From positions 64,001-128,000 of IMG/VR virus record IMGVR_UViG_3300036715_000153: a DNA stretch of 64,000 nucleotides; one strand, given 5' to 3'. Position 1 is the first letter of the stretch. Each line of letters begins with the position of its first letter. Below the pieces are notes generated by a model, which was not told where the DNA came from, made no database searches, and was given only the letters and a program-made list of their open reading frames with translations. The stretch comes from a virus. Both the position numbers and the translations under genes were made by a program. Shown here piece after piece: positions 49,868-59,057 of this stretch.

Positions 49868-49895
49868 AAAAAGCCCAACTTAATGGGCTTTTTTT
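49868..49895. terminator. Rho-independent terminator ending the enzyme operon
   Basis: AAAAAGCCCA-ACTTAA-TGGGCTTTTTTT. Confidence 0.8.
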
Positions 49896-49896
49896 A

Positions 49897-50937
49897 CTAA
49901 GCTACGTAGTTCTTTACCATTGTTTGCCAGCCTTCTTGTCCTTCATAAGCTGCACACACCTTTAATGCGTTAACTAGCGTTCTCATGTTAATGCGGTTTT
50001 GCTTACCGCCAGACTCTTGAATAAATTCAAATACTTCTTGTCTGAGCTTATTGCTAAGTTGTAGATTCTCAGGTAACTCGATCTTATTAACGAGCGAACG
50101 CATTACTTCTAGCATCTCGTCTTTCGTAGGATTAATCTCCATAACAAATCCACGAGTACGAATAGCACCATCTGGGTCTAACTTCTTAATACTTACGTTT
50201 GCTACGAGAATAATCCCGCCTTCGAAGTTAAAGTATCTTGGTAACTGCTCTCCGCCTTCTTCCGGCTCTTCTTGGAAAGCTGGATCGTAATAGTTACCGC
50301 CCTTCTTGTTAAAGCTGATCTTACGAGTCTTACCGGAATCGGTTGCTGCCTTAATCATGTTACGAACTTCTGGGTCATTCATCAGAGTGTCACACTCATC
50401 AAACAGTATAATCTCTTTGCGGTGGTTGAATAACGTTTCGTATGTTGCTGCGGCAGATCCAGCACCGACTGTCTTAAAGTATCCATCACCATCAGATAGT
50501 CCCGCTGCTCTCATCTCAGACTCTAGGTTATGAGTATTGTGATGTAATACTCCTGCTGCGTCGTAGTAAACATGTTCGTTGCTATCTACAGAAATATCAT
50601 ACAGGTCTACAATTTCATCAGAAACAGCAACTTCGGCGACAACCTCTGTAGAATCTTTACCAAGAACTACGTTACCAAACACTAGATTGGATGCTTTAAC
50701 TGTGTCGTTTGATTCAGTCACAAACATATGACTGCAACCACAATTCACTACCTTACCGGAGTCGAACGTAACAGTGCAGAGTTTATCTTGTTTGCGAATA
50801 AATCCAGATATTGGTTTGTATCCGGTTGGGGTATTTGTTTCTAGTCCAAGAGATTCTATATTATATAGATAATCCAGTTGGGGTTCGGTAATGTTATACA
50901 GGTCGAGTACCTGTAATTTAATGTCGTTTAAGTTCAT
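49897..50937 (-). CDS. AAA+ ATPase, C-terminal half, fused to a C-intein
   Basis: C-intein ends VLHHN; then THNLE, Walker B IILFDECD, sensor VAN, Arg finger AIRTR. Start ATG 50937 or TTG 50967. Confidence 0.88.
   Translation of the reverse strand: MNLNDIKLQVLDLYNITEPQLDYLYNIESLGLETNTPTGYKPISGFIRKQDKLCTVTFDSGKVVNCGCSHMFVTESNDTVKASNLVFGNVVLGKDSTEVVAEVAVSDEIVDLYDISVDSNEHVYYDAAGVLHHNTHNLESEMRAAGLSDGDGYFKTVGAGSAAATYETLFNHRKEIILFDECDTLMNDPEVRNMIKAATDSGKTRKISFNKKGGNYYDPAFQEEPEEGGEQLPRYFNFEGGIILVANVSIKKLDPDGAIRTRGFVMEINPTKDEMLEVMRSLVNKIELPENLQLSNKLRQEVFEFIQESGGKQNRINMRTLVNALKVCAAYEGQEGWQTMVKNYVA
50536..50937 (-). other. C-intein (134 aa)
   Basis: TPTGYKPI, CGCSH (block B), LYDISV (block F), HVYY...HHN followed by +1 Thr. 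Confidence 0.9.
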
Positions 50938-50999
50938 AAGCCTCTTCTTTAGCTGTCTGTTGTTCAATGTATCTTGGCGAGAAATCCCACGTATATCTT

Positions 51000-51044
51000 T
51001 TAATTAGATGTGCGTATATCTAATTCGGTGTCTTGGCGTAAACA
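51000..51044 (-). other. N-intein, 14 aa
   Basis: CLRQDTELDIRTSN* directly after Walker A GPGGTGK. Confidence 0.8.
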
Positions 51045-51890
51045 CTTACCTGTTCCGCCGGGGCCCGTAAGCATTAATAGATTAGTTGCACCAGACTTAA
51101 TCAGTCTTACAAATCCACGTAGATGTTGTAGTTGATCTGCGTACGCAACCTTCTCTGCTTCATCTTCTAGATCGTTCGTAGAACCAGGTGTGATGTCTTG
51201 TTCTTTAGCCATAGACTTAGATACGCGAACTGTTGCACCGCCTGCTGCTTCCAGTGCCTTAGCGTAGTCAATCTTAGACGGGCTGCCGATGAACACTGGG
51301 GATTTACCAGACGTATCAAATACAGATGGGTTAGTTTCTACGATTACTTGGAACAGTTTAAACTCTGGACGTCCAAGTGCTAACTTAACTTCTCGATAAC
51401 CGATCTTATCTCCAACATTCATCTTAGCTACGTATGCGCGAATGTTGTCTGCGATCATCGAAGACATTTCATTCAATACTTCTGCTTCGGTTAACTCAGA
51501 CTCGTTTACATCGACTGGAACGAAGTCGAACTCTGCTACGCGAGGAGTTTTAAGGATGTCGACGATCTGTGGCAGGATCTTAACGATAGATACGCTGTGG
51601 TCGAATGTAACATCGAACTTAGTATCTTTGTTCTTCCATATAGTAATCGAATCTAGTACATCTTGATTTAATGATTTACCCAGCCAGTTAAACCGGACAC
51701 ACGAGTCCGTCTTATAAAAGAAACGCACACCTGTAAACGTTTTGCCTGCAACCATAAACGTTTCGTATCCAGGCATACGATGGAAAGTCTGACCGACTCT
51801 TTTAGTTAAATACTTCTGGATTAGTAATGCGACGACGTGAACGTCTTTAGCGTTCACTGCCTCTACTAGGTAGTCACTGTATGATTTCAT
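51000..51890 (-). CDS. AAA+ ATPase, N-terminal half, with capsid-targeting-like N-terminus
   Basis: MKSYSDYLVE start; LMLTGPGGTGK then intein Cys1; late motif at 51917-51924. Confidence 0.85.
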   Translation of the reverse strand: MKSYSDYLVEAVNAKDVHVVALLIQKYLTKRVGQTFHRMPGYETFMVAGKTFTGVRFFYKTDSCVRFNWLGKSLNQDVLDSITIWKNKDTKFDVTFDHSVSIVKILPQIVDILKTPRVAEFDFVPVDVNESELTEAEVLNEMSSMIADNIRAYVAKMNVGDKIGYREVKLALGRPEFKLFQVIVETNPSVFDTSGKSPVFIGSPSKIDYAKALEAAGGATVRVSKSMAKEQDITPGSTNDLEDEAEKVAYADQLQHLRGFVRLIKSGATNLLMLTGPGGTGKCLRQDTELDIRTSN

Positions 51891-51912
51891 GTTGGATAGG
51901 TGTTGTGTAAAA

Positions 51913-53394
51913 TTATAATTTAGTGTAATTTGAAAAAGACATTAAGCTAGACTCATTCATTTTTGTTTTAGCAAGATCCCAAATATGTTTAGCTTGCGCA
52001 TCAGTGGTCTTACTTGGAAGATATTTAGCAAATGACGTGTAATCTCCATCACTAACAAACTTACGAATCTTAGTACCAGAAATCCCAGAAACATCATCGT
52101 CAGAGTCAGGATCACGCTCGCCTGCAGACACCACCTTAAAGCCATTAAGATTAATAGAAGTTTTTGGATTACCATTGTTCAAATATACCTTTATCTTTGA
52201 TTCGAATTCCGATACTCTATCTGACCCGACTACGAGAGTAACATCTGTATAACCCTCATCTGCTAATTTCATAAGTGCAGTGAACACAGTCGTAGGTGTG
52301 TCTTGTTTAGTATATATTACATCACCAAATAAACTAGAAAGGAACTTCGCCTTGTCATCAAACGACAGGGGATTCTTTTTCTTATCGTGCGACTTACTTA
52401 GAAAAACGATTGGAGTGGCGTGTTCTGTCTTTGCAATAGATATAACCTTGTCGATAAGTAACTCATGTCCAGTAGTTGGGATGTTTAGTCTACCGAACGT
52501 TATTACTGCTTTCTTTAATGCTACGCCTTCAGTCAGATGTTTAACGATATCTGCGATAGCACGATTCTTTTCATCGCCCTTGGGGGTATTTACTTCCCCA
52601 GACTTCACACTCACCATAGAAGTAAATACCCCAGCCATACGAGTCTTAGCACGCTGAGTCTTAATCTTAGACTTTACATCTTTGAGAAGATCGTCGAATG
52701 ATTGATCTAGGTTATACTTATACAACAATGTTTCTACGTCTTTAAAGTTCTTTGACTTCCATAGAATCTCTCGATCCTTTTGTTTAAACGTACCAGGCTC
52801 GTATGTAACTTTTCTAAGTTGGAGTTCTTGTCCAGAGAGATTGAATTCCCACTCTTGATCTTTGTCCAGCTTAGTCGGAATTTTGATACCCAGAGAGGCG
52901 AACAATGTTTTGACGGGAGTCTCGACAGTAGCAACTTTAACTAATCCGAGCACGATACCTTGTACTTCTGCAGGAAGATCGAGGAACCTACCCTTAAAGT
53001 GTGCCTCTTCTTTATCTAGCGCACACATGTTATCTATCTGAGCCGAGTAACCTAACTTCTTATCGTGATAGCGAATAGTGACCAACTCACCCGTATTACC
53101 GGTACGCTTACCGGCATGTTTATCTGATGTAAAGGGCTCGATGACAGAATCTGGCATTGCCTCGAAGAACTTAACTAGGGCTAGTTTAAGTGCCTTCTTG
53201 TCGGAGTATCCATCGAAGTGTACGATGATGTCGATGTCGCCGAACGAATCTTTATCTGGATTAGAGTTATACGAACCGGATGGCTTGAACGATACAAATC
53301 CGGGAAACTTCGATATAATCTTTTCGTAAGACGCAAGGAACTGTTTGAAATGTTCTCTCGATTTTACTCTGTCTGCCCCAGTAGAACCCGACAT
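51913..53394 (-). CDS. Fusion of a Pol-beta-like nucleotidyltransferase and a HIGH-class cytidylyltransferase-like domain
   Basis: SGSY...GDIDIIV; TFGRLNIPTTGHELL, KKNPLSF, VVGSDRV, SAGERDPD, ISGTKIR. Confidence 0.8.
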   Translation of the reverse strand: MSGSTGADRVKSREHFKQFLASYEKIISKFPGFVSFKPSGSYNSNPDKDSFGDIDIIVHFDGYSDKKALKLALVKFFEAMPDSVIEPFTSDKHAGKRTGNTGELVTIRYHDKKLGYSAQIDNMCALDKEEAHFKGRFLDLPAEVQGIVLGLVKVATVETPVKTLFASLGIKIPTKLDKDQEWEFNLSGQELQLRKVTYEPGTFKQKDREILWKSKNFKDVETLLYKYNLDQSFDDLLKDVKSKIKTQRAKTRMAGVFTSMVSVKSGEVNTPKGDEKNRAIADIVKHLTEGVALKKAVITFGRLNIPTTGHELLIDKVISIAKTEHATPIVFLSKSHDKKKNPLSFDDKAKFLSSLFGDVIYTKQDTPTTVFTALMKLADEGYTDVTLVVGSDRVSEFESKIKVYLNNGNPKTSINLNGFKVVSAGERDPDSDDDVSGISGTKIRKFVSDGDYTSFAKYLPSKTTDAQAKHIWDLAKTKMNESSLMSFSNYTKL

Positions 53395-53691
53395 TTACGC
53401 TTTACCGTTCCACTTTGAATATCCTTCATCGGACAGATCGTGTTTAAATACGCGATTCACAGGGTATGCAGATATAGTGCCGTCCTTAAGTTCTACGTGA
53501 ATCATCGTAGCACCGATCTTCTTTACTTTACCGACTATAGTTTGACCTACTGTAGTTCCTGGTACGCGGACATCGTCACCGACCTCTGGCTTGTAGACTA
53601 CCTTCTTTTCGAATGCTTCTTGTAATTTTACAGATTTTGTCGGCTCATGTCCGAGGTACTCATCACCCAAAAACTCTTTAAAACTTTTCAT
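53395..53691 (-). CDS. Small putative internal head protein (SH3/KOW-like)
   Basis: MKSFKEFLGDE start; VGDDVRV...GKVKKIG. Confidence 0.65.
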   Translation of the reverse strand: MKSFKEFLGDEYLGHEPTKSVKLQEAFEKKVVYKPEVGDDVRVPGTTVGQTIVGKVKKIGATMIHVELKDGTISAYPVNRVFKHDLSDEGYSKWNGKA

Positions 53692-54311
53692 TGTAACCCC
53701 TTAATAGATCCGTCGTGTAGTGCTTCGTATGCGTAGAAGTTAATATCTGGGTATTTGTCTTTCATTCCCTGAAATGCTGTTAGATTAGCCATTGCGTCAT
53801 CAAACAGTCGAACGCTACCATAACTACCGTTATCTATGTATTTAGTTATAATCTCTACCTTACGCTCGGCACTCGATCCACTACCTAGATTACCCGCTCG
53901 CTCTACGTACACTTTGTCTATATCAAATCCGTGTTCTTTAAATGTATTAAGGAATAGATCTTTGTTATCGAAGTCGGCTCGAGCAGTAATGATGATCATC
54001 TTACTATTAGGCATAGACTCTATTCCCTTTAGGATTGCCTTAGCCCTATTCATCATCTTGACGATTACCTTAGATGACTCGTTAAACTTCTTAGCATCTC
54101 TGAATTCGCCAAAGTCATACGACTCGCCATCTTTCAATTTGTAAATATTGAATTCACGATTAGTTAATCTCTTTACAACTTTACCGTCCTTCATAACAGA
54201 AATCATTGCGAAGGTATGAAATAGGGTATCGTCGATATCAAATATGGTGAGACCATCTATACCATGTTTGGCTGATGCCTTTTCTGAGATAAACTGTTTA
54301 AACGATTTCAT
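53688..54311 (-). CDS. HAD-family phosphatase
   Basis: IFDIDDTL (motif I), ITAR (II), K (III), LFDD (IV); MKSFKQFISE start. Confidence 0.88.
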   Translation of the reverse strand: MKSFKQFISEKASAKHGIDGLTIFDIDDTLFHTFAMISVMKDGKVVKRLTNREFNIYKLKDGESYDFGEFRDAKKFNESSKVIVKMMNRAKAILKGIESMPNSKMIIITARADFDNKDLFLNTFKEHGFDIDKVYVERAGNLGSGSSAERKVEIITKYIDNGSYGSVRLFDDAMANLTAFQGMKDKYPDINFYAYEALHDGSIKGLQ

Positions 54312-55285
54312 TTTAGTAATTCTGAATCGGGCGGAAGGAACTTTCCGGTGAGCCCTAGCTTAGCTTTACGCTTTTTCCATTCAGCTTGGAGATTGTCGGG
54401 AACGTCGCATCTTGTACTGTCTAATATCTTAAGATAGATATCTACCCAAGCATCGTACTTGTCTTTAGGTAGCTTCTTAATAATATCGAACAGTTTATAA
54501 TAATTTTGTCTGTCTGCTGTAGTTATCTTTGTATGTAGCGCGTCTGATAATACTTTCAATGCCTTGTCTGGATCGGTTGCAATAACCTCACCAGTTTCCT
54601 TATCTTTAACTCCAGACACGTGATTAAATGACATACCTGCTACTTGGAATAACGCCAACATCCCTTGGGTAGCGTGTAAACCTTTCACGTTAGAATCTTC
54701 GGGGTACACGTCACCATAATAGCTAAACTTCAACCAGTTTATGTTACCTGCCATCCAGTCGATCTGAACCCCGATGCCTATATCTTTACCTTCAGGACTT
54801 ATCTGCGGAAATAAACCAAAGATATTACCTGCAGTGACTTTATTTTCATCGCAATATAGTCTAGGGGCATGTGCATTAATATATACAGTCAGACATTTTA
54901 AGAACGCCTTAAATGATAGTTGTTCTGGCGTCGACGTCTTAGCCCGCTTCTCAAGTTTAGCAAATTCTGCATGTACGTCTTTGGGGTCTATCCCCCACTC
55001 AGCAATAGACTTATCAGACATAGTTGCATCTAGTAAAGATGATGTATCTATTCCTAAGTCGATGTCTCCACTGTACGCCTTTTTACCAACTGAACCGAGT
55101 GGATGAAAGTGTTTGTCATTGAATATCGAGGCCTTCTTGGGGAAGATTTGTTTCAGTTCCTTGAAGTATGCGTCTAACGTCGGCTTAATGTATTCTAGCT
55201 TAATGGAGGCAGTCTTACCCTTGAAGACGTTTCCGCCCTCAGATAGTTGTTCTGTTGTGATGAATTGTAGATATGATTTTATCAT
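54308..55285 (-). CDS. Pol-beta-superfamily nucleotidyltransferase
   Basis: LGSVGKKAYSGDIDLGID, VQIDWM, KGLH; start MIKSYLQFITTEQLSE-GGNVF. Confidence 0.78.
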   Translation of the reverse strand: MIKSYLQFITTEQLSEGGNVFKGKTASIKLEYIKPTLDAYFKELKQIFPKKASIFNDKHFHPLGSVGKKAYSGDIDLGIDTSSLLDATMSDKSIAEWGIDPKDVHAEFAKLEKRAKTSTPEQLSFKAFLKCLTVYINAHAPRLYCDENKVTAGNIFGLFPQISPEGKDIGIGVQIDWMAGNINWLKFSYYGDVYPEDSNVKGLHATQGMLALFQVAGMSFNHVSGVKDKETGEVIATDPDKALKVLSDALHTKITTADRQNYYKLFDIIKKLPKDKYDAWVDIYLKILDSTRCDVPDNLQAEWKKRKAKLGLTGKFLPPDSELLK

Positions 55286-56346
55286 TTTGAGTTTACCTGC
55301 ATGTCGTATAAATCTGCGCCCTTTTCAATATAGTTCCGGACGTACTGGGTTTTGCTTTCTAACTTCATTCTGATTCGTAGCAGATCGACAACCTTACCAC
55401 TTGCATCTTTAGAAGTAATTAATACCTGAGGATACTTTCCATCGCTCTTAACGACAGCAACTATCTTATTCGGGAACACTAATGTCTTAGGATTATAAAC
55501 CTTAGAAACTTTATTTAAATGTACTAATTCTATGTCCTCTGTTCCTATCATGAAGTGAACGATAGCGGATTTTAAAGTCTTTCCGGATGTTTTTTCTGAC
55601 GAATCGTTGTAACCCGGTTCCCCCGATATAGCTTGTGCTAGTTCTTCGTAGCTGTATTTTATCGCAGAGTTAATATCGCCTGCTGCATAAAACTCGGTAT
55701 ATTTTTTCATAACGGAAGGTGGAATAGTAAACCCAAACAGATCCCAAAGAACTTCTTGCTTTGCTGGCTCTGCCCCACCGATCTGCCCAAACTGCTTAAC
55801 TACACCTGCTTTCAGAGATACCGATAAGTTTAATTCCGTTTTACCGTTTGGGCCAGACACCTTAACATACACGTCTTGTTTGGTTCCGGTTTGATTGCCG
55901 ATCCCGTCTGCTACGAAATCCATAACATTGACTTGGTTATTCGTATAGAACAACATTGCAGTAGATTTTAGGTTGGCATCGTTTACATAGTGTAGCGCTG
56001 CATCTGTAATAGGCTTGATCCTTTTATTGGAAAATATATCTGGACTGAACAGTGCATCGAGGTTACTCTTAGCTAGTCGAATCGTTAGGTTAATTTCATC
56101 CTTGATATGTGGATTTTCGTTTGGTGCTTGCCATGTAGCCATAACGGTGTCATTAGTCGTTCTACCTGCTGCGGCAGTCACCGTTTTCATAATGTCTTTG
56201 ATGTCTTGCAATACGATATCGCTGTCTCTTTTCATAAACCGCGCAACACATGCTAAGATAAATATGCCTTCAGCAACGTCTCCGGCGTTAAACTTCGTTA
56301 TATTCCCAGACACTTCCTCAAGTAAAAACTCTTTATAGCTTAACAT
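55282..56346 (-). CDS. Putative PD-(D/E)xK-like nuclease, internal head protein candidate
   Basis: MLSYKEFLLEE start; GDVAEG, TKQDVYV, SVSLKAG; late motif at 56410-56417. Confidence 0.6.
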   Translation of the reverse strand: MLSYKEFLLEEVSGNITKFNAGDVAEGIFILACVARFMKRDSDIVLQDIKDIMKTVTAAAGRTTNDTVMATWQAPNENPHIKDEINLTIRLAKSNLDALFSPDIFSNKRIKPITDAALHYVNDANLKSTAMLFYTNNQVNVMDFVADGIGNQTGTKQDVYVKVSGPNGKTELNLSVSLKAGVVKQFGQIGGAEPAKQEVLWDLFGFTIPPSVMKKYTEFYAAGDINSAIKYSYEELAQAISGEPGYNDSSEKTSGKTLKSAIVHFMIGTEDIELVHLNKVSKVYNPKTLVFPNKIVAVVKSDGKYPQVLITSKDASGKVVDLLRIRMKLESKTQYVRNYIEKGADLYDMQVNSK

Positions 56347-57365
56347 TTTTTCCATTTCCCGAATTCAAGCATAGCACGGGCACCACGAAAGGTCCATGCG
56401 TCTAATTCTAATTTAGTTCCCGCGCACACTGCATCATTTAGGTCTTTATGTGCGAACGAGTCGGGAAATATAACTACATTGAAGCCATGCTCGATCGCAG
56501 TCTTTAACTTCTTTACCCCGACAGGTGCGCGTGGTTCATTATCGAAGACCAATACAAGATTCTCTTTGGGTAACAGATATGCTGCTCGCTCAAGCGATGC
56601 GTCTGCCGTAGCAACACCATTAGGCACCATCATGGAATCTATCGGCCCTTCTGTCACATATATTGGGCTAGATTCGTCGACCAGCTCTAACCCAAACAGT
56701 TTCAGTTCGTCCTCAACCTTGGTAGTGAGATACCGTATTTTGGGATTCGCATCTAGAGAACGACCCTGCATGAATACCAGCTTACCTTCTTTATTCCTAA
56801 ACGGAAACACAACGCGGCAATCGTCGGGTAGCATACTTGTATCTATATCGTAGCCAAACTCTGCTGACATTTCCTTGACCGACGATTTGTAGCCCTCGGT
56901 GTACATGATACGATTCCATTGATCTTTTGGAATCATTCTACTCTCTAGATACTTTACCGCTGTGTGGTTACTGGGAAGCTCTGTAACGGTATAGAAGAAG
57001 TCCGCGATTGTTTTCTTCGAAGGTAGTAATACTTTGCTCGACTTGACCGTCGCATAATCAAATTCCTCTTTAGGTTTAGATACGGATAGCGATTCTAGTT
57101 GGTATTCGGCGTACAGTCCAGGATCGATTTCCTTTATGAACTTTGACAGGTGCATAGACGCTCCGCAGTTAAAGCAACCATATATAAGGTTACCACCGCG
57201 TTCAAATATTGTACCTCGAGTTTTTGTTTTATTACTTTGAGAGTCGCCGCACAAAGGACACGACATAACCCAATTAGAATTTCCCTTATTTTTGAAATTT
57301 CTAATATACGAAAGTCTGTTGGCAAACATAATTTGAATATATAGCGGAATTCCTTTACTTAACAT
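56340..57365 (-). CDS. gp61: DNA primase
   Basis: CPLCGDS/CFNCG zinc finger, QGRSL, TEGPIDS, FDNEPR, KDLND. Confidence 0.95.
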   Translation of the reverse strand: MLSKGIPLYIQIMFANRLSYIRNFKNKGNSNWVMSCPLCGDSQSNKTKTRGTIFERGGNLIYGCFNCGASMHLSKFIKEIDPGLYAEYQLESLSVSKPKEEFDYATVKSSKVLLPSKKTIADFFYTVTELPSNHTAVKYLESRMIPKDQWNRIMYTEGYKSSVKEMSAEFGYDIDTSMLPDDCRVVFPFRNKEGKLVFMQGRSLDANPKIRYLTTKVEDELKLFGLELVDESSPIYVTEGPIDSMMVPNGVATADASLERAAYLLPKENLVLVFDNEPRAPVGVKKLKTAIEHGFNVVIFPDSFAHKDLNDAVCAGTKLELDAWTFRGARAMLEFGKWKKC

Positions 57366-57440
57366 TTCATCCTTAATATATCAGGTTTGATACGATATCT
57401 GCGGGCCCTAGACACTCTACGACATACTTGAATAAGTAAG

Positions 57441-57474
57441 AGAAAGCCAATCTTAAACAAACTGGCTTTCTTTT
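57441..57474. terminator. Possible terminator hairpin
   Basis: AGAAAGCCA-13 nt-TGGCTTTCT downstream of the early small-gene cluster. Confidence 0.45.
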
Positions 57475-57476
57475 CA

Positions 57477-57626
57477 TTACTCTGTCGCGTCTTTTGGATT
57501 CATAGTTTCACGAACCAGCTTCAGTGCAGTGTTAACACTTGTGAAAACAAACTGACCTGCTTCTGTAGATACTACGAAGCCGTTCTCTACCGCTTCAATG
57601 TGTGCAAATGGTTTAGACTCGGTCAT
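57477..57626 (-). CDS. Small hypothetical protein (49 aa)
   Basis: MTESKPFAHIEAVENGFVV...; starts 1 nt after the upstream stop. Confidence 0.55.
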   Translation of the reverse strand: MTESKPFAHIEAVENGFVVSTEAGQFVFTSVNTALKLVRETMNPKDATE

Positions 57627-57627
57627 A

Positions 57628-57822
57628 TTAACCCACCAACGTGTAAGTAGTGACGCCGTACGTATTCTTGCCAGTTACGATACGATGCCCTTCTTGTGCC
57701 AGATCGTAGATACGCTTTGCTACGCTAGCTTGTGGCATACCGAAACGCTGTGCGGCTTGGGCGGTCGAGAGAGGCTTGCCGCTTTGCAGAGACGCCAATA
57801 CTTTTGATTTTTGTGATACCAT
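57628..57822 (-). CDS. Winged HTH DNA-binding protein
   Basis: SQKSKVLASLQSGKPLSTAQAAQRFG...RIYDL...GHRI. Confidence 0.78.
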   Translation of the reverse strand: MVSQKSKVLASLQSGKPLSTAQAAQRFGMPQASVAKRIYDLAQEGHRIVTGKNTYGVTTYTLVG

Positions 57823-57890
57823 GTTGTACTTCCTTTCATCATATATAGATCAGTCTTATTTAATCTTGTGCTGATCGTTACCAAGTAAAC

Positions 57891-58100
57891 TCACTTCTTT
57901 GCTTCTACCCAATAAATACCCGAACTGGCGTACCCAGATGCCCAACGATAACACCCTGTGTGTCCTCGTAGGCTGAACTGCAAAGATTCGGTGCCTTGAA
58001 ATCCTATATTTAATTTCTGTCCATGAAACGGCCCGCCACTTGCTATTACAGTATAGAACTTTTGTTTGTAACGACTGCTTCTGTATTTTGGAAACATCAA
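57891..58100 (-). CDS. Hypothetical protein
   Basis: 69 aa, GGPFHGQ motif, coupled to the upstream gene. Confidence 0.55.
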   Translation of the reverse strand: MMFPKYRSSRYKQKFYTVIASGGPFHGQKLNIGFQGTESLQFSLRGHTGCYRWASGYASSGIYWVEAKK

Positions 58101-58330
58101 ATATTCCTCACAATACCGACTAGGTTAATAACAAAGAACATCGCGTTCACCAACATAACAGACTTCACGCCTTGAGCCTTGCTTAACACGACTAAGCTAG
58201 CAACGTTAGCTATTATAAAAATAATGTAGCCATACAGTGCTGCCCCGATATTTGCTGCCACGAGGCAGGCTCCTATAACAGAGCACACCACTACTGCTAC
58301 GTCTGCTATTCTACGAATCATATTAACCAA
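58097..58330 (-). CDS. Small three-TM membrane protein
   Basis: Hydrophobic 77-aa ORF. Confidence 0.65.
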   Translation of the reverse strand: MVNMIRRIADVAVVVCSVIGACLVAANIGAALYGYIIFIIANVASLVVLSKAQGVKSVMLVNAMFFVINLVGIVRNI

Positions 58331-59021
58331 TCCTCAATGTGTTAGGCTTATTGATCTGTCCGTTTAGACTAATACCAGCACCGTACACCTTACCGCTAGT
58401 ATATCCTGCGAGTCCTGCCCGTTGTTCCTTGCTAGCCTTTGTCATCAACCTCACACCCATACTTGCTATGAAGTCTGCGTTAGCTTTTGATTCAGAGTCA
58501 TACATTGATGCAAGCACGAGCGCAGTACCTGTCGTTTCTTTGTATTCTGCTTCCTGTAACTGTCTAAGTTCTTTACAACGAGCGTATATAACATCTGCTG
58601 CACCCTTGTAGAAGCTAGTCTTCCAAGAGTTGTCCAATTTGTCTTTACGCGCAACCTTACCGCCTTCTGACTTAATAGATTTGATTATGTATTCCGACAT
58701 CATCTGTGCTGTGACTACGTTTGAAGTCTTACCGATAAACTTGTGCTTAAACACTTTACCTTGACGTTCTGAATAATAGGTACAAAAGAACAATTGAGCA
58801 ACAGAGTTCGATATGCGTCTTGCCCACGGAGAACTAAACCCAAGCAAGTCTATTGCCTGACGAATCTCTTTAACAACTAGATCATCTTCATCCAGATTAT
58901 ACTTAGACATCGTTTTGTATGCCATACGGAGCGCATTATCACGTTCTCCTTGGGCTGCTGCTGGGTCATTTGCAATCGCCATCATCTTTTTAACTCTGCT
59001 AATTATCGTATCTGTGCTCAT
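58323..59021 (-). CDS. DUF2786-like protein
   Basis: IISRVKKMMAIA...ERDNALRMAYKTMSKYNL, SFYKG, GYTSG. Confidence 0.75.
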   Translation of the reverse strand: MSTDTIISRVKKMMAIANDPAAAQGERDNALRMAYKTMSKYNLDEDDLVVKEIRQAIDLLGFSSPWARRISNSVAQLFFCTYYSERQGKVFKHKFIGKTSNVVTAQMMSEYIIKSIKSEGGKVARKDKLDNSWKTSFYKGAADVIYARCKELRQLQEAEYKETTGTALVLASMYDSESKANADFIASMGVRLMTKASKEQRAGLAGYTSGKVYGAGISLNGQINKPNTLRIG

Positions 59022-59057
59022 AATGTAGTCTCCTGTTTCGTAAAGTTCATGTAGTGA

